Positions 62,969-64,000 of a stretch of DNA of 64,000 nt are shown here, piece by piece. The notes beneath the pieces are model-generated. The model was not told the DNA's origin, ran no database searches, and saw only the letters and a program-made list of their open reading frames with translations. Source of the DNA: an uncultured Gemmatimonadales bacterium (lineage in GTDB: Bacteria; Gemmatimonadota; Gemmatimonadetes; Gemmatimonadales; GWC2-71-9); NCBI GenBank assembly GCA_963695555.1, contig CAVOGR010000005.1:96001-160000 (forward strand). Direction: 5' to 3'. A program made the translations under genes and the position numbers. Numbering within the stretch: position 1 is the first letter of the stretch; the number at the start of each line of letters is the position of its first letter.

Positions 62969-64000
62969 TCAGGATCCTACACCTTCGAGGGCGACCACAA
63001 TATCCATGACGTTGGTGCCGGTCGGGCCGGGCTTGAACAAGGCACCCACAGCGTCCAGGGCATGATAGGCATCGTGGCCTTCGAGATCGCGGAGCGGGTC
63101 CCTCCCGCGGCGGCGGATGGCACCCCAGGTTCCGGCATGAACGATCGCTCCCGCCGCATCGGTCGGACCATCCCGGCCGTCGGTACCGGCGGCCAGTAAC
63201 CACCAGCTTGCCCCTGACCAATCGCCCTGATCCAGGCGACGGGCCGCTGCCAGCGCGAATTCCTGGCAGCGCCCACCGAGACCTGCCGCACCGTCAGCCA
63301 CCGTGACCGTGGTCTCTCCGCCTTGAATGAGGCAGCGGGGAGCGGTCGCCGGCCCCCCAAACGCCTCGTGCTTCAGCCGATCGACGAAGCTCGTCGCGGC
63401 GGCGGCGGCACCACCTTCGATCGGCTCGGCGACCGCAATCACATCCATCGCCATCGCGCGCGCGCTCGCGGCCGCGGCCGACACCGCGTCCGCGTTGGTG
63501 GCGATGATCCGGTGGGTCACATCTGCAAATGCCGGGTCGGTGTCCTTCGGAGTTTCGGGTTCGGTGCCGGCGGTCACTGCGTCGAAGTAGCTTCGAATCG
63601 ATGCTGGAATGTCCCGCCACAACCCTGCAGTGGTCAGGACCTCGACGGCGTCCGAGGCCGTCGTCCGATCCGGCACGCACGGACCGGACCCGATCGCGGC
63701 CAGGTCATTATTGACGACATCGGAGATCACGTAGCAGCGAGTGGTGGCCCCCCTCGCGGACAGCGCTCGCGCGAGCCGTCCAGCCCCCCACTTGGCGACC
63801 CGTTTCCGCACGGCATTCATGGTGCCAATGTCGAGCCCGGCGCGAAGCACCAGGTGATAGAGGGTTTGCAGGTCCGCCGCGGTAATCCCCTTCTTCACTG
63901 GAGCCGCGACCAGGCTCGTCGTTCCGCCGGAGAGCAACACCCACACCGCATCTCCGGGTTGGACCATCCGTATCAGCCGGTCGAGCGCCTGGGCCGCCTC
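62969..64000 (-). CDS. Glycerate kinase, type II (MOFRL family); 5' part lies outside the window
   Basis: LLSGG, ISDV, IGSGP, GGETTV, GGRCQE, GTDGRDG, TGTNVMD. Confidence 0.9.
   Translation of the reverse strand, partial: EAAQALDRLIRMVQPGDAVWVLLSGGTTSLVAAPVKKGITAADLQTLYHLVLRAGLDIGTMNAVRKRVAKWGAGRLARALSARGATTRCYVISDVVNNDLAAIGSGPCVPDRTTASDAVEVLTTAGLWRDIPASIRSYFDAVTAGTEPETPKDTDPAFADVTHRIIATNADAVSAAAASARAMAMDVIAVAEPIEGGAAAAATSFVDRLKHEAFGGPATAPRCLIQGGETTVTVADGAAGLGGRCQEFALAAARRLDQGDWSGASWWLLAAGTDGRDGPTDAAGAIVHAGTWGAIRRRGRDPLRDLEGHDAYHALDAVGALFKPGPTGTNVMDIVVALEGVGS

Overview
High-GC core-genome segment. Gene order and protein types suggest a Gemmatimonadota-like bacterium; this is inferred, not proven. 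The + strand from 1 to 33.4 kb carries housekeeping genes: split acyl-CoA carboxylase (carboxyltransferase, biotin carboxylase, BCCP) around an RlmD-like methyltransferase; rplM-rpsI-rpsB-tsf-pyrH-frr-uppS-cdsA-dxr-rseP; rpsO-pnp-M16 peptidase-ald-dut; mreBCD-mrdA-rodA; accD-folC; hisS-proS-lysA-guaA. Next come a metzincin-like lipoprotein, a PTS EIIA, dusB-larB-GGDEF and tmRNA. A long minus-strand run follows (truA-htrA-purB-purC-psd-pssA-purS-purQ-two small ORFs-purL-purF-ppdK-purE). lexA is divergent from a cluster of HEAT-repeat protein, HD-GYP protein, multi-TM GAF-MCP, folK, panB, panC, an HD protein and a LytR-C protein, and the window ends in a partial glycerate kinase. I found no phage, IS, integrase or CRISPR array. 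Several conserved genes (proS, dusB, purL, panC) carry clustered frameshifts or stops that look like assembly or consensus errors. Best leads: (1) a tandem direct-repeat operator TTCGG-N6-TTCGG over the lexA promoter, a candidate new SOS box; (2) an adjacent HEAT-repeat and HD-GYP pair sharing an unnamed N-terminal domain, followed by an atypical GAF chemoreceptor; (3) a possible pseudoknot in the pnp leader; (4) recurrent leaderless promoters.
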